Below are positions 10,086-18,611 of a stretch of 64,000 nt of DNA, one piece after another. This DNA is from an uncultured Lentisphaerota bacterium. GTDB taxonomy: Bacteria; Verrucomicrobiota; Kiritimatiellia; CAIQIC01. The stretch spans positions 8,907 to 72,906 of the forward strand of contig CAIWHP010000042.1 of NCBI GenBank assembly GCA_903912445.1, given 5' to 3'. Both the position numbers and the translations under genes were made by a program. The stretch's first letter is position 1. Each line of letters begins with the position of its first letter. Under the pieces are notes generated by a model, which saw only the letters and a list, made by a program, of their open reading frames with translations, did no database searches and was not told where the DNA came from.

Positions 10086-12050
10086 GTGAGAATCACATCG
10101 TTCATCGCCGTTGCGGTATTGGCTTCAACGGTACACTCCGCCGCTTTGCAGATGCCGGTCGCCGACGGGCCGTTCAAGCCGACCGATGCATCGCTCCAGC
10201 AGTATCAGTGTCCCGAGTGGTTCCGCGATGCGAAGCTGGGCATCTGGTCGCACTGGGGGCCGGTCGCCGCGCCGGGCGGGTTCGGCGGCAACTGGTATGC
10301 ACGCCAGATCTATGTGCAGGGGACGCGGGAGTACGTGCACCACGCCCAGACCTACGGCCACCCGTCGAAGTTCGGTTACAAGGATGTGATCGAATTGTGG
10401 AAGGCCGAAAAGTTCGATCCGGACCGCCTGATGAACCTCTACGTGCAGGCGGGTGCGAAGTACTTCGTCAGCATGGGCGCGCATCACGATAACTTTGACC
10501 TCTGGAACTCGAAGCACCAAGAGTGGAACGCGGTCAACCACGGCCCGAAGAAAGACATCGTCGGGCTCTGGCGCGAGGCGGCGCTCAAGCGCGGGCTGCG
10601 CTTCGGCGTCAGCGAACATTTCGCGCGTTCCTACAACTGGATGCAGCGCAGTCACAGCAGCGACACCAACGGGCCGTTCGCCGGCGTGCCCTATGACGGC
10701 GCTGATCCGAAGTATGCCCGTCTCTATGGCCCGCCGCACGGCGACACGAGCGCGGGCTATCCCACCCATCCGCCCGTGGCGTGGAAGCAGGAATGGTTCA
10801 ACCGCATGCAGGATGTCGTGGATTCGTACCAGCCGGACTTGGTCTACTCGGATGGCGGCATTCCCTTCGGCGAGGTCGGCCGCAGTTTCATGGCGGACTT
10901 CTACAACAAAAACATGAAGGCGCACGGCGGCAGGCTGGAGGCCGTGTACAACATCAAGAAGGGCCGGGATTGCGGCGACTACGTGGAGGGGGTGGCGGTT
11001 CAGGATGAGGAGAACACCGTGCTGGCTGGCATCAAAGAGCAGCCGTGGCAGACGGACGCCTCCATCGGGACCTGGTTCTTCGTGCCGGATCTCGAGCCCA
11101 AGTGGCGGAGAACGGGGCCGGATGTCATCGTGATGCTGGCGGACATCGTGGCGAAGAACGGCAACCTATTGCTGAACATTCCGCAGCGTGGTGACGGCAC
11201 GATTGACGCGGAGGCTGAACAGGTGCTGGCCGATCTGGCAGCGTGGACGAAGGTGAACGGCGAGGCGATCTTTGCCACCCGTCCGTGGAAGATTCTCGGC
11301 GAGGGCCCGGCGCTGTCGGCCAAGAGTCGCGGTATCCGCAGGGCGGCAGACTACACCGCCGCCGACATCCGCTTCACGCGCTCGAAGGACGGTGCGACGC
11401 TCTATGCCATCGCGCTGGGCTGGCCCGCAGATGGCAAGCTGGTGGTGCGTTCGCTCGCGACAGCGGCCGGCCCGATCGGCGAAGTGTCGCTGCTCGGCCA
11501 TGCCGGCAAACTCGACTGGCGACAGAGCGCGGGTGGCCTCGAAGTAACCTTGCCCGGGGCAAAGCCCTGCGCCACCGCCAATGCCTTGAAGATCACCGCC
11601 GGCGACTTGAAGCCCGTGCCGGTGGTCTACGCCAACGCCGTGGCAGCCGATGCCAACGGACGTATCCTCCTGCCGGCCGCCAAGGCTCGGATTCACGGTG
11701 CGACGCCGAAGTATGAACACAGCGGCGCCAAGGATCAGATCGGTTACTGGAACGGGGCAGCGGATTTCGTTTCGTGGGACATCAAGGTCACCAAGCCCGG
11801 CACGTACGCCGTTGAAATCGCCTATTCCTGCACCACGTCCGGCAGCGCGTTCACCATCGAGGTCGGTGGACAAAAGCTACCCGGCACCTCCACCTCGACG
11901 GGTGCGTGGGCCACCTACCGCACCGACCAGCTCGGCCAGCTGACTTTCGACAAACCCGGCATTTATGAAATCGCCGTCAAACCCAAGGCACCGCCGAAAT
12001 GGAATTCCATCGGCCTGAAATCTGTTATCCTCGCGCCGCATGCAAACTGA
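10086..12050 (+). CDS. GH29 alpha-L-fucosidase with C-terminal CBM6/35-like domain (tandem paralog)
   Basis: Motifs PEWFRDAKLGIWSHWG, HHDNF, DIVAKNGNLLLN. Colinear with 8087-10081. Confidence 0.9.
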   Translation: MRITSFIAVAVLASTVHSAALQMPVADGPFKPTDASLQQYQCPEWFRDAKLGIWSHWGPVAAPGGFGGNWYARQIYVQGTREYVHHAQTYGHPSKFGYKDVIELWKAEKFDPDRLMNLYVQAGAKYFVSMGAHHDNFDLWNSKHQEWNAVNHGPKKDIVGLWREAALKRGLRFGVSEHFARSYNWMQRSHSSDTNGPFAGVPYDGADPKYARLYGPPHGDTSAGYPTHPPVAWKQEWFNRMQDVVDSYQPDLVYSDGGIPFGEVGRSFMADFYNKNMKAHGGRLEAVYNIKKGRDCGDYVEGVAVQDEENTVLAGIKEQPWQTDASIGTWFFVPDLEPKWRRTGPDVIVMLADIVAKNGNLLLNIPQRGDGTIDAEAEQVLADLAAWTKVNGEAIFATRPWKILGEGPALSAKSRGIRRAADYTAADIRFTRSKDGATLYAIALGWPADGKLVVRSLATAAGPIGEVSLLGHAGKLDWRQSAGGLEVTLPGAKPCATANALKITAGDLKPVPVVYANAVAADANGRILLPAAKARIHGATPKYEHSGAKDQIGYWNGAADFVSWDIKVTKPGTYAVEIAYSCTTSGSAFTIEVGGQKLPGTSTSTGAWATYRTDQLGQLTFDKPGIYEIAVKPKAPPKWNSIGLKSVILAPHAN

Positions 12051-13998
12051 TCACCCAGCTCGCGCGGAAGTTTTCCAAGGATTGGAAGACGAAGTGACCG
12101 GATTTTCCAAGGGTTGGAACTTTTCGGCAGGATTCTTCCAAGCCTTGGAAAAGTCCGCAAATGTTTTGCGCCGGGTCGGTGACCCGACCTACAGGTTCAA
12201 CGCTTTCTGTTGTAGGCCGGGTCACCGACCCGGCGTCTTCGGTTGCGCGCTGTTGGCCGTGGTGCTGGCTTGTGCGGCGCGCGCCGAGCTGACGCCGGCG
12301 CAGCAGCAGATTCTCGCGGCGCCGGTGATGCCGCCGCCCTCCGCGGAGTTCAGCTTTTCTTTTTCCGGCGGGCCAGAGTTCACCGATGCCGGGAAGCAGG
12401 CGCAGCGCGAGGCAGGCCAGACCGTGCTGCCGCTGGTGCTCACGGCCTACAGCAACGGCGCGGAGTCGGTGCGGATTCCGCCGGGCGATTACCGCTTTGG
12501 CAGCGAGCGCTGGGGTCGCGACGGCGTCCACTACGCGCTGGAGTTCTCCGGCCTGCAGCGCGATGCCGCGCATCCGTTCACGATCGACGCGACCGGCGCG
12601 ACGTTCTGGTTCGACCTGCCCGACGACCAGGCGCCGCACGCGCACTTCGCCTGCGGCCTCAAGAACTGCCGCAACATCATCTTCCGCGGCGCGACGCTTG
12701 ACCGCGGCACGCGCGGCCAGGTCGAGGGGCGCATCACGCAGCTCGACGCCGCCAACAACCGCATCGAACTGGAACTTTCGCCGGGTATCACCGTGCCGGC
12801 CAAGTTCAACGACAAGACCGAGCAGCGCATCGTGCCGTTCAAGTCCGACGGCCGCTTCTGCGCGCCGCTCTATGTGCTGCAAGCCGGCGGCGTGCACCTC
12901 AAGTACAAGAGCATCACGCCCGGCAGCGCAGCAGGCCGCGTGTTCGTGACGATGCAGGACACGAAACTTTTCGAGACGCTCCGCGACGAGCAGTGGCAGC
13001 AGACCTACGGCGAACTCGGCACGCTGAACGTCGGCGACGGGCTCTCGTGCGTCTATTCGGTGGCGTGTGGCGTGGAACTCGTCGGCAGCGAACACTGCAC
13101 GATGGACGGGCTCCGGGTGTTCATCACCAAGGGGTGGGGCGCGGAGCGCGGTGGCGTGGGCGGGCATCTCTGGAAAAATTGTTACTTCGGCCCGCGTCCC
13201 GGCACGAGCCGCTGGCAGGGCGGCGAGGGCTTCATGTTCAACGCCACGCGGCAGGGCACCACGCTTGATGGCGTCGTCATCCGCCATACGGCCGACGATG
13301 TCGCCAACGTCCACGGCTACTGGGGTCTCGTCAAGAGCCTCGCCGGGCAGCGCGTGGCATTCGAGATACCGGGCGAATTCCGCCAGACGGTGGCGAAGAA
13401 CGCGCTGCCGGGCGACAGGCTGTTGTTCCGGGACAAAAATTCCGGACGGGAACTGGGGCAGGCCACGCTCGTCGCCTTCTCCAACGACACGGCGACGGTG
13501 GATCGGTCGGTGGAGTGCTTCACGAATGCCATCGTCGAGTGGACCGATCATGAGTGCGCGAACTGGCTGATCCAGCGCTGCACGTTTCAGGATTGCTATC
13601 AACGGTTGCTGATTCAGTCTGGCCCCGGCGTGGTGCGCGGCTGCGAATTCACCCGGCTCGGCAGCAGCCTGGAAATCAACAGTGACTTCCCGTACGTCGA
13701 AGGCGGCGTCGCGCGCGACCTCACGATTGCGGACAACACCTTCACCGATGTGAACACCCGGCCCAACGGCGCGGCGATTGCGATGCACGCCCACACCTAC
13801 GGCCGCGAAGCGCCGCCGTTCGCCAACTTCGTCATCACCGGCAACACCTTCGAGCGTTACGCCGCCGCCGCCATCGCCCTCGACGGCGTCCAAGGCGCCC
13901 TTATCGCCAGCAACCGCTTCGGCCGCGCCCTCTCCCCCAGCGCCCAGCCCGTCCGCCTCAAACGCTGCTCCGCCATCCGCGAAGCAGCCAACCGCTGA
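12040..13998 (+). CDS. Secreted right-handed beta-helix protein, GH110-like (start uncertain)
   Basis: Motifs VRIPPGDYRF and NCRNIIFRG, plus a DDVANVHG motif resembling GH110. Signal-peptide h-region ALLAVVLACAARA near 12247. Confidence 0.65.
   Translation: MQTDHPARAEVFQGLEDEVTGFSKGWNFSAGFFQALEKSANVLRRVGDPTYRFNAFCCRPGHRPGVFGCALLAVVLACAARAELTPAQQQILAAPVMPPPSAEFSFSFSGGPEFTDAGKQAQREAGQTVLPLVLTAYSNGAESVRIPPGDYRFGSERWGRDGVHYALEFSGLQRDAAHPFTIDATGATFWFDLPDDQAPHAHFACGLKNCRNIIFRGATLDRGTRGQVEGRITQLDAANNRIELELSPGITVPAKFNDKTEQRIVPFKSDGRFCAPLYVLQAGGVHLKYKSITPGSAAGRVFVTMQDTKLFETLRDEQWQQTYGELGTLNVGDGLSCVYSVACGVELVGSEHCTMDGLRVFITKGWGAERGGVGGHLWKNCYFGPRPGTSRWQGGEGFMFNATRQGTTLDGVVIRHTADDVANVHGYWGLVKSLAGQRVAFEIPGEFRQTVAKNALPGDRLLFRDKNSGRELGQATLVAFSNDTATVDRSVECFTNAIVEWTDHECANWLIQRCTFQDCYQRLLIQSGPGVVRGCEFTRLGSSLEINSDFPYVEGGVARDLTIADNTFTDVNTRPNGAAIAMHAHTYGREAPPFANFVITGNTFERYAAAAIALDGVQGALIASNRFGRALSPSAQPVRLKRCSAIREAANR
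12072..12151. repeat. 17-bp dyad mini-array (3 units, period 32/31)
   Basis: TTTCCAAGGATTGGAAG 12072, TTTCCAAGGGTTGGAAC 12104, CTTCCAAGCCTTGGAAA 12135. Confidence 0.92.
12169..12235. repeat. GTAG-type REP doublet
   Basis: CGCCGGGTCGGTGACCCGACCTACA and TGTAGGCCGGGTCACCGACCCGGCG are inverted copies with 1 mismatch. A third copy is at 40588-40612. Confidence 0.82.
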
Positions 13999-14242
13999 AA
14001 GGGATAACGGCTGCAACGAGTGGCACGAGGGCCCGCCGACCAACCACCGCCTGCTGAAGCTCAAACCCGGCGCGGAAAAAGAGCTCCAAGTGACCCTGGA
14101 CGAGCTGATGGTCCAGCCGCCGAAGAACCCCGGCCGCTGCTTTCGGAAGAAGCAGGATAACCACGCAAGCATTCGAAGCTTGCGGGATTTTCTTTGAATA
14201 CCTTGTGAGCTTTTGCGGCCAGGCCTCTGCCGCGCTTCAGCG

Positions 14243-14809
14243 TTACAGCAACGCGAGCGCCTCGGCGACTTCCGCGAGCGGCAGGCCGACGACGTTGGTG
14301 TAGGAGCCGCGGATGGCGGTGACCATGTGCGCGGCGTGCCCTTGGATGCCGTAGGCGCCGGCCTTGTCGAACGGCTCGCCGGTGGCGAGGTAGGCGGCGA
14401 TCTCCGCATCGGTCAACGCGCGGAAGTCCACCTCGGTGCGCACCGCGCGGCAGTCCTCGCCCGCGCCCGTGAGCAGCGCGAGGCCGGTGATCACCTCGTG
14501 CCGGTGTCCGGCCAGCGCGCGCAGCATCGCGTGGGCGTCCGCGGCGTCGCGCGGCTTTTCGAGGATGCGCTCGCCGAGCACCACGATCGTGTCGGCGCCG
14601 ATGACGAGAAAATGGTCCGCCGCCGCGTGGTGGCGCACCGACCGCGCCTTCTCGCGCGCGTTGCGCACCGCATAGTCGCCCGGATGTTCGCCCGGCAGCC
14701 GCTGCTCCTCGTGCTCCGGCTCGATGACGCGGAACGGCCGCCCCAGCAGCGCGAGCAAATCGCGCCGCCGCGGCGAGCGGCTGGCCAGGATGAGGTCAAG
14801 GGCAGGCAT
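14243..14809 (-). CDS. maf: Maf-family nucleoside triphosphate pyrophosphatase
   Basis: Motifs LILASRSPRRRDLL, IGADTIV, DKAGAYGIQG, GSYTNVVGLP. Confidence 0.93.
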   Translation of the reverse strand: MPALDLILASRSPRRRDLLALLGRPFRVIEPEHEEQRLPGEHPGDYAVRNAREKARSVRHHAAADHFLVIGADTIVVLGERILEKPRDAADAHAMLRALAGHRHEVITGLALLTGAGEDCRAVRTEVDFRALTDAEIAAYLATGEPFDKAGAYGIQGHAAHMVTAIRGSYTNVVGLPLAEVAEALALL

Positions 14810-14841
14810 CGGCGCGAAGATAGCCGGAACGGAATTGTTTG

Positions 14842-15525
14842 TCAGTCGTCTTCGCGCGCGTATGGCCGCGCGCCGAGGTGGCGCGTGCCGTATCGCCAGG
14901 CGGCGATACGGAAGGAGACCTCGGCGATCAAGCGGTAGAGCCACACCGGCATCATCGGGCGCGCGAGCGCCTGGATGGCGCCCGCGGAGAGAGGACCGCC
15001 CGCGGCCAGCTCGTCGGCGGCGCGGTGCAAGGCCGCCGCGACCGCGTGCGTCCGGCCGTGTTCCGTGATGGCGTGGCCGGAGAGCGCGCCGCCCATGCCC
15101 AGCGCCAGGCCGCCGTCCCAGTGGAACCCGGCGCGGCGCGCGAAGCAGCGGCAGATAGCGAGCGCCGTATCGTTTTGGCTGGCTTCCGGAAAACCGCTGT
15201 TTACCACGGCGATCAACCGTTGCGCCTGCGGCGGTGTCGCGGTGCGACGCAGCGCATGCAAGCGTTCGAAGGTTTCGATCAGCGGTGCCGGCAAGCTGTC
15301 GACATACAGCGGAGTTGCCACGATCACCAGTTCCGCCGCCGCTGCGGCACGTTCCAATTCCGACCAGGAGGACGTGTTGGCGATGGCCGTACGTGCGACG
15401 TGGGTGGTCGCGGTCCAGCCACGCTTTTTCAGGCCGGCGACCAGCACTTCGCCGAGCTGCGCCGACGTGCTGCGACCGCCACGTGGACTGCCGATCAATA
15501 GAACCGCTTGGCCGGGCGCGCTCAT
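14842..15525 (-). CDS. Flavodoxin-like NAD(P)H-dependent oxidoreductase
   Basis: Motifs LLIGSPRGGRSTS, ATPLYVDSLP, NSGFPE. ATGA overlap with the upstream gene. Confidence 0.75.
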   Translation of the reverse strand: MSAPGQAVLLIGSPRGGRSTSAQLGEVLVAGLKKRGWTATTHVARTAIANTSSWSELERAAAAAELVIVATPLYVDSLPAPLIETFERLHALRRTATPPQAQRLIAVVNSGFPEASQNDTALAICRCFARRAGFHWDGGLALGMGGALSGHAITEHGRTHAVAAALHRAADELAAGGPLSAGAIQALARPMMPVWLYRLIAEVSFRIAAWRYGTRHLGARPYAREDD

Positions 15526-16082
15526 TTCCACCCCGCTATATCGAAGGCGGCTTGCAGCGTTGCGCGCGTCGCGGTGGCGCCGGCGTCCGCGCGCACGAGC
15601 GCCACGGCCGGGCGCGGCTCGTGCCAGTTGAGCGCGTTACGCGCAACCAGAGTGCGGAAAGTCTGCGCCTCTACGGCATCATCATCGCCCATCAAACCCA
15701 ATGCGCCAAAGCGCGGTTGCCGCGTGTAGCGCAGGCGGTGATGCGTTTCGCCGTTCACCGTGGAGAAGAACGGCGAAATCATCGGAATGATGCGGTCCAG
15801 CGCGCGTTTGAGCAGCGCCGAATATCCGCCGAACGTCACCGGCGTCAGCAAGATGACGCCGTCGCTTTGAACAAGCTGCTTGAGCACTTCGCGCCCGTCG
15901 TCGTCCGTTACGCAGATGCCCGGCGTCCGCAACCAGCAACCGAAGCATCCGGTACACGACGCGATAGTCAGCGCTCTCAAGTTCAGCGTTGTAGGCGACC
16001 AGCCGCGTTCGCGGCAGGCCTCCGCCAGCCACGCCGCTGCCGGCTGCTCCACCGCGCAGCCATCGATTAGGAGAATCTTCAT
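15522..16082 (-). CDS. Flavodoxin family protein (iron-sulfur flavoprotein/WrbA-like)
   Basis: CTGCFGCW..C cluster motif and TPVTFGGYSALLKRALDR. Confidence 0.82.
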   Translation of the reverse strand: MKILLIDGCAVEQPAAAWLAEACRERGWSPTTLNLRALTIASCTGCFGCWLRTPGICVTDDDGREVLKQLVQSDGVILLTPVTFGGYSALLKRALDRIIPMISPFFSTVNGETHHRLRYTRQPRFGALGLMGDDDAVEAQTFRTLVARNALNWHEPRPAVALVRADAGATATRATLQAAFDIAGWK

Positions 16083-16208
16083 GACGCCCTCCGGGCGCTG
16101 ATAGCATGCCCGTGCCGAAAATCAATCCGAAACCAGGCGGCAAAGGGGCAGCCAAGTGGGTAGCCATTGAACTTGACACGGAATGGGCCCCTTGGAGATA
16201 GTTTTGAA

Positions 16209-17009
16209 ATGACCAAAGCGATTCCTTCCATGGGCTGGCGAAGCGGGATGGTTAGCTTGTGTATGGTGCTTGGCTGGGGGCTGCCCTTGTGCGTTCAAGC
16301 GGACCTGGTGACTTCCTTTGAAGGGTTGACTTTGGATCCCAATCTGTACCTTGACGTTCCCGACCCTGACATTGGAACGATCGAACTGGATACGGTCAAC
16401 CACAATCTCCGGTTTACCGGCCCGGGTGCCGATTTGTGGGATTGGCGCAATGGCCTGCCCTATGCTTGGACGGACATCCCGCAGGTCGGGGTGGGCGGAG
16501 TATGGCGGGCTGAAACCGAGGTGCAATATTATGATACATCCGAGCGGGGGCGCATTGTCGGTCTGACCACCTATGCGGGGCCCGATGGCGCCGGCGGTGC
16601 CGCCATGGGGCAGGAGTTTACCTTTGGCCTCGACCACTGGGACTGGCCCAACGGGGTCTGGGTCCAGGGGCTAGGGGACAACCAGCCTGGCGATTCCGGG
16701 AATCTGGCGAACGAATTGATCACCGACCTGGTGGATTTGAGAATGGACGTGACCGTCGGCGACCTGAACTTCAATACGTACGATTTCTATTATAAGCAGT
16801 GGGATGATGTTGACTGGACCGGCCTAGGCACCATCAGTTATGTCAATGAAGACAAGCGTGTCGCGTTGTTTTTCAAGGGCAACGAGATGAATGTCTCGTT
16901 CAATTATTTCAATGTCACGGCCGTGCCCGAACCCGGTTCGATCGCGATGGTCGGCATCGGGGCTCTCAGCCTGTGGCTGGTTCGCCTGCGAAAACCAGCC
17001 CGGGCCTGA
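16209..17009 (+). CDS. PEP-CTERM sorting domain protein
   Basis: Signal peptide. C-terminal VPEPGS, transmembrane helix, then basic tail RLRK. Confidence 0.85.
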   Translation: MTKAIPSMGWRSGMVSLCMVLGWGLPLCVQADLVTSFEGLTLDPNLYLDVPDPDIGTIELDTVNHNLRFTGPGADLWDWRNGLPYAWTDIPQVGVGGVWRAETEVQYYDTSERGRIVGLTTYAGPDGAGGAAMGQEFTFGLDHWDWPNGVWVQGLGDNQPGDSGNLANELITDLVDLRMDVTVGDLNFNTYDFYYKQWDDVDWTGLGTISYVNEDKRVALFFKGNEMNVSFNYFNVTAVPEPGSIAMVGIGALSLWLVRLRKPARA

Positions 17010-17100
17010 AGTCCGCTACTGGCTGGGGCCGCGAACTGCAAAGCCTTTGCTTTTTCCGGCTGTCCCGTTAAGCTTCGCGCAACCAACCGGAGCAACGACC

Positions 17101-18540
17101 ATGGCCAAGAAAAAAGACGTTTTTATCACCGAGGATTTCCTGCTGTCCACCAAGGCGGCGCGGAAGCTCTACCACGATTACGCGGCGGACCTGCCGATCA
17201 TCGACTACCACTGCCACCTGCCGCCGGCGGAGGTCGCCACCGACCACCGCTGGAAAAACCTGACGCAGATCTGGCTCGCCGGTGACCACTACAAGTGGCG
17301 CGCGCTGCGGTCTAACGGCGTCGCGGAGCGGTTCTGCACCGGCGACGCGACGGACCGGGAGAAATTCCAGCAGTGGGCCCAGACCGTGCCGCAGACGCTC
17401 GGCAATCCGCTCTACCACTGGACGCACCTCGAGCTCAAGCGGCCGTTCGGCATCAGCGACCGGCTGCTCGGGCCGGATACCGCCAAGGGCATCTGGGACG
17501 AGTGCAACGCCAAGCTCGCGCAGCCGGAGTTTTCCGCGCGCGGCATCATGCAGCAGATGAACGTCGTGCTCGTCTGCACGACCGATGACCCGGTGGACGC
17601 GCTGGAGCACCACCAAGCCGTGGCGAAGGACAAGAAGTTCAAAATCCAGATGTTGCCGACCTTCCGGCCGGACAAGGCGATGGCGGTCGAGTCGCCGGAG
17701 CATTTCAACGCGTGGACCGACAAGCTCGCGGCGGCCGCGGGCGTGAAAATTACCACGCACGACGACTTCCTCGGCGCGCTGAAAAAACGCCACGACTTCT
17801 TCCACCAGGTGGGCTGCCGCCTCTCCGACCACGGGCTGGAGACCGTCTATGCCGGCGCCTATACGGACGCGGGCGTCGCCGCGTCGTTCCGCAAGCTGCG
17901 CGGCGGCGAGGCGCTGGGCGCGGAGGAGATCCTCGCGTTCAAGTCCGCCATGCTGCACTTCTTCGGCCTGCTGAACGCGGAGAAAAACTGGACGATGCAG
18001 CTGCACCTGGGCGTGCTGCGCAACAACAACAGCCGCATCTTCACCACGCTCGGGGCCGACAAGGGCTGCGACTCCATCGGCGACTTCCACCACGGCCGCG
18101 CGCTGTCGGATTTCCTCGACGGCCTCGACCGCCTCGGCAAGCTGCCCCGGACCATCCTCTACAACATCAATCCCGCCGACAACGCGATCATGGCGACGAT
18201 GATCGGCAACTTCCAGGACGGCCTCACGCCCGGGAAGCTCCAGTTCGGCAGCGGCTGGTGGTTCCTCGACCAGAAGGACGGGATGGAGCAGCAGCTGGCG
18301 GCGCTCGGCAACCTCGGGCTGCTCAGCCGGTTCGTCGGCATGCTGACGGATTCGCGCTCGTTCCTTTCCTATACGCGCCACGAGTATTTCCGGCGCATCC
18401 TCTGCGCCAAGTTCGGCGCGGAGATGAAAGCCGGCCTGCTGCCGCACGACTTCAAGCTCGTCGGGAAAATGGTCGCGGACATCTGCTATCACAACGCCCG
18501 CCGCTACTTCGGCTTCGCCGGCCTGCCGGAAAATCCCTGA
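17101..18540 (+). CDS. uxaC: Glucuronate (uronate) isomerase
   Basis: Motifs PIIDYHCHL, GDHYKWR, GNPLYHWTHLEL, GSGWWFLDQKDGM, GMLTDSRSFLSYTRHEYFRRILC. Confidence 0.96.
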   Translation: MAKKKDVFITEDFLLSTKAARKLYHDYAADLPIIDYHCHLPPAEVATDHRWKNLTQIWLAGDHYKWRALRSNGVAERFCTGDATDREKFQQWAQTVPQTLGNPLYHWTHLELKRPFGISDRLLGPDTAKGIWDECNAKLAQPEFSARGIMQQMNVVLVCTTDDPVDALEHHQAVAKDKKFKIQMLPTFRPDKAMAVESPEHFNAWTDKLAAAAGVKITTHDDFLGALKKRHDFFHQVGCRLSDHGLETVYAGAYTDAGVAASFRKLRGGEALGAEEILAFKSAMLHFFGLLNAEKNWTMQLHLGVLRNNNSRIFTTLGADKGCDSIGDFHHGRALSDFLDGLDRLGKLPRTILYNINPADNAIMATMIGNFQDGLTPGKLQFGSGWWFLDQKDGMEQQLAALGNLGLLSRFVGMLTDSRSFLSYTRHEYFRRILCAKFGAEMKAGLLPHDFKLVGKMVADICYHNARRYFGFAGLPENP

Positions 18541-18611
18541 CCAGCGCCGTTGCCGGAGCTGGTCAAGATTTTGCATTCGCAGCGACCGGGTGGCCTGCTA
18601 TGGTGCGCGCC

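Noticed and set aside
14000-14197. Possible gene remnant (LLKLKPGAEKELQVTLDELMVQPPKNPG)
   Set aside because: Codon usage looks coding-like, but there is no start and no family I can identify. tBLASTn/BLASTx would be needed to call a pseudogene.
17712-18611. N-terminal extension of the 1385-aa ORF
   Set aside because: It overlaps uxaC in another frame. The signal peptide and promoter point to a start at 18612.
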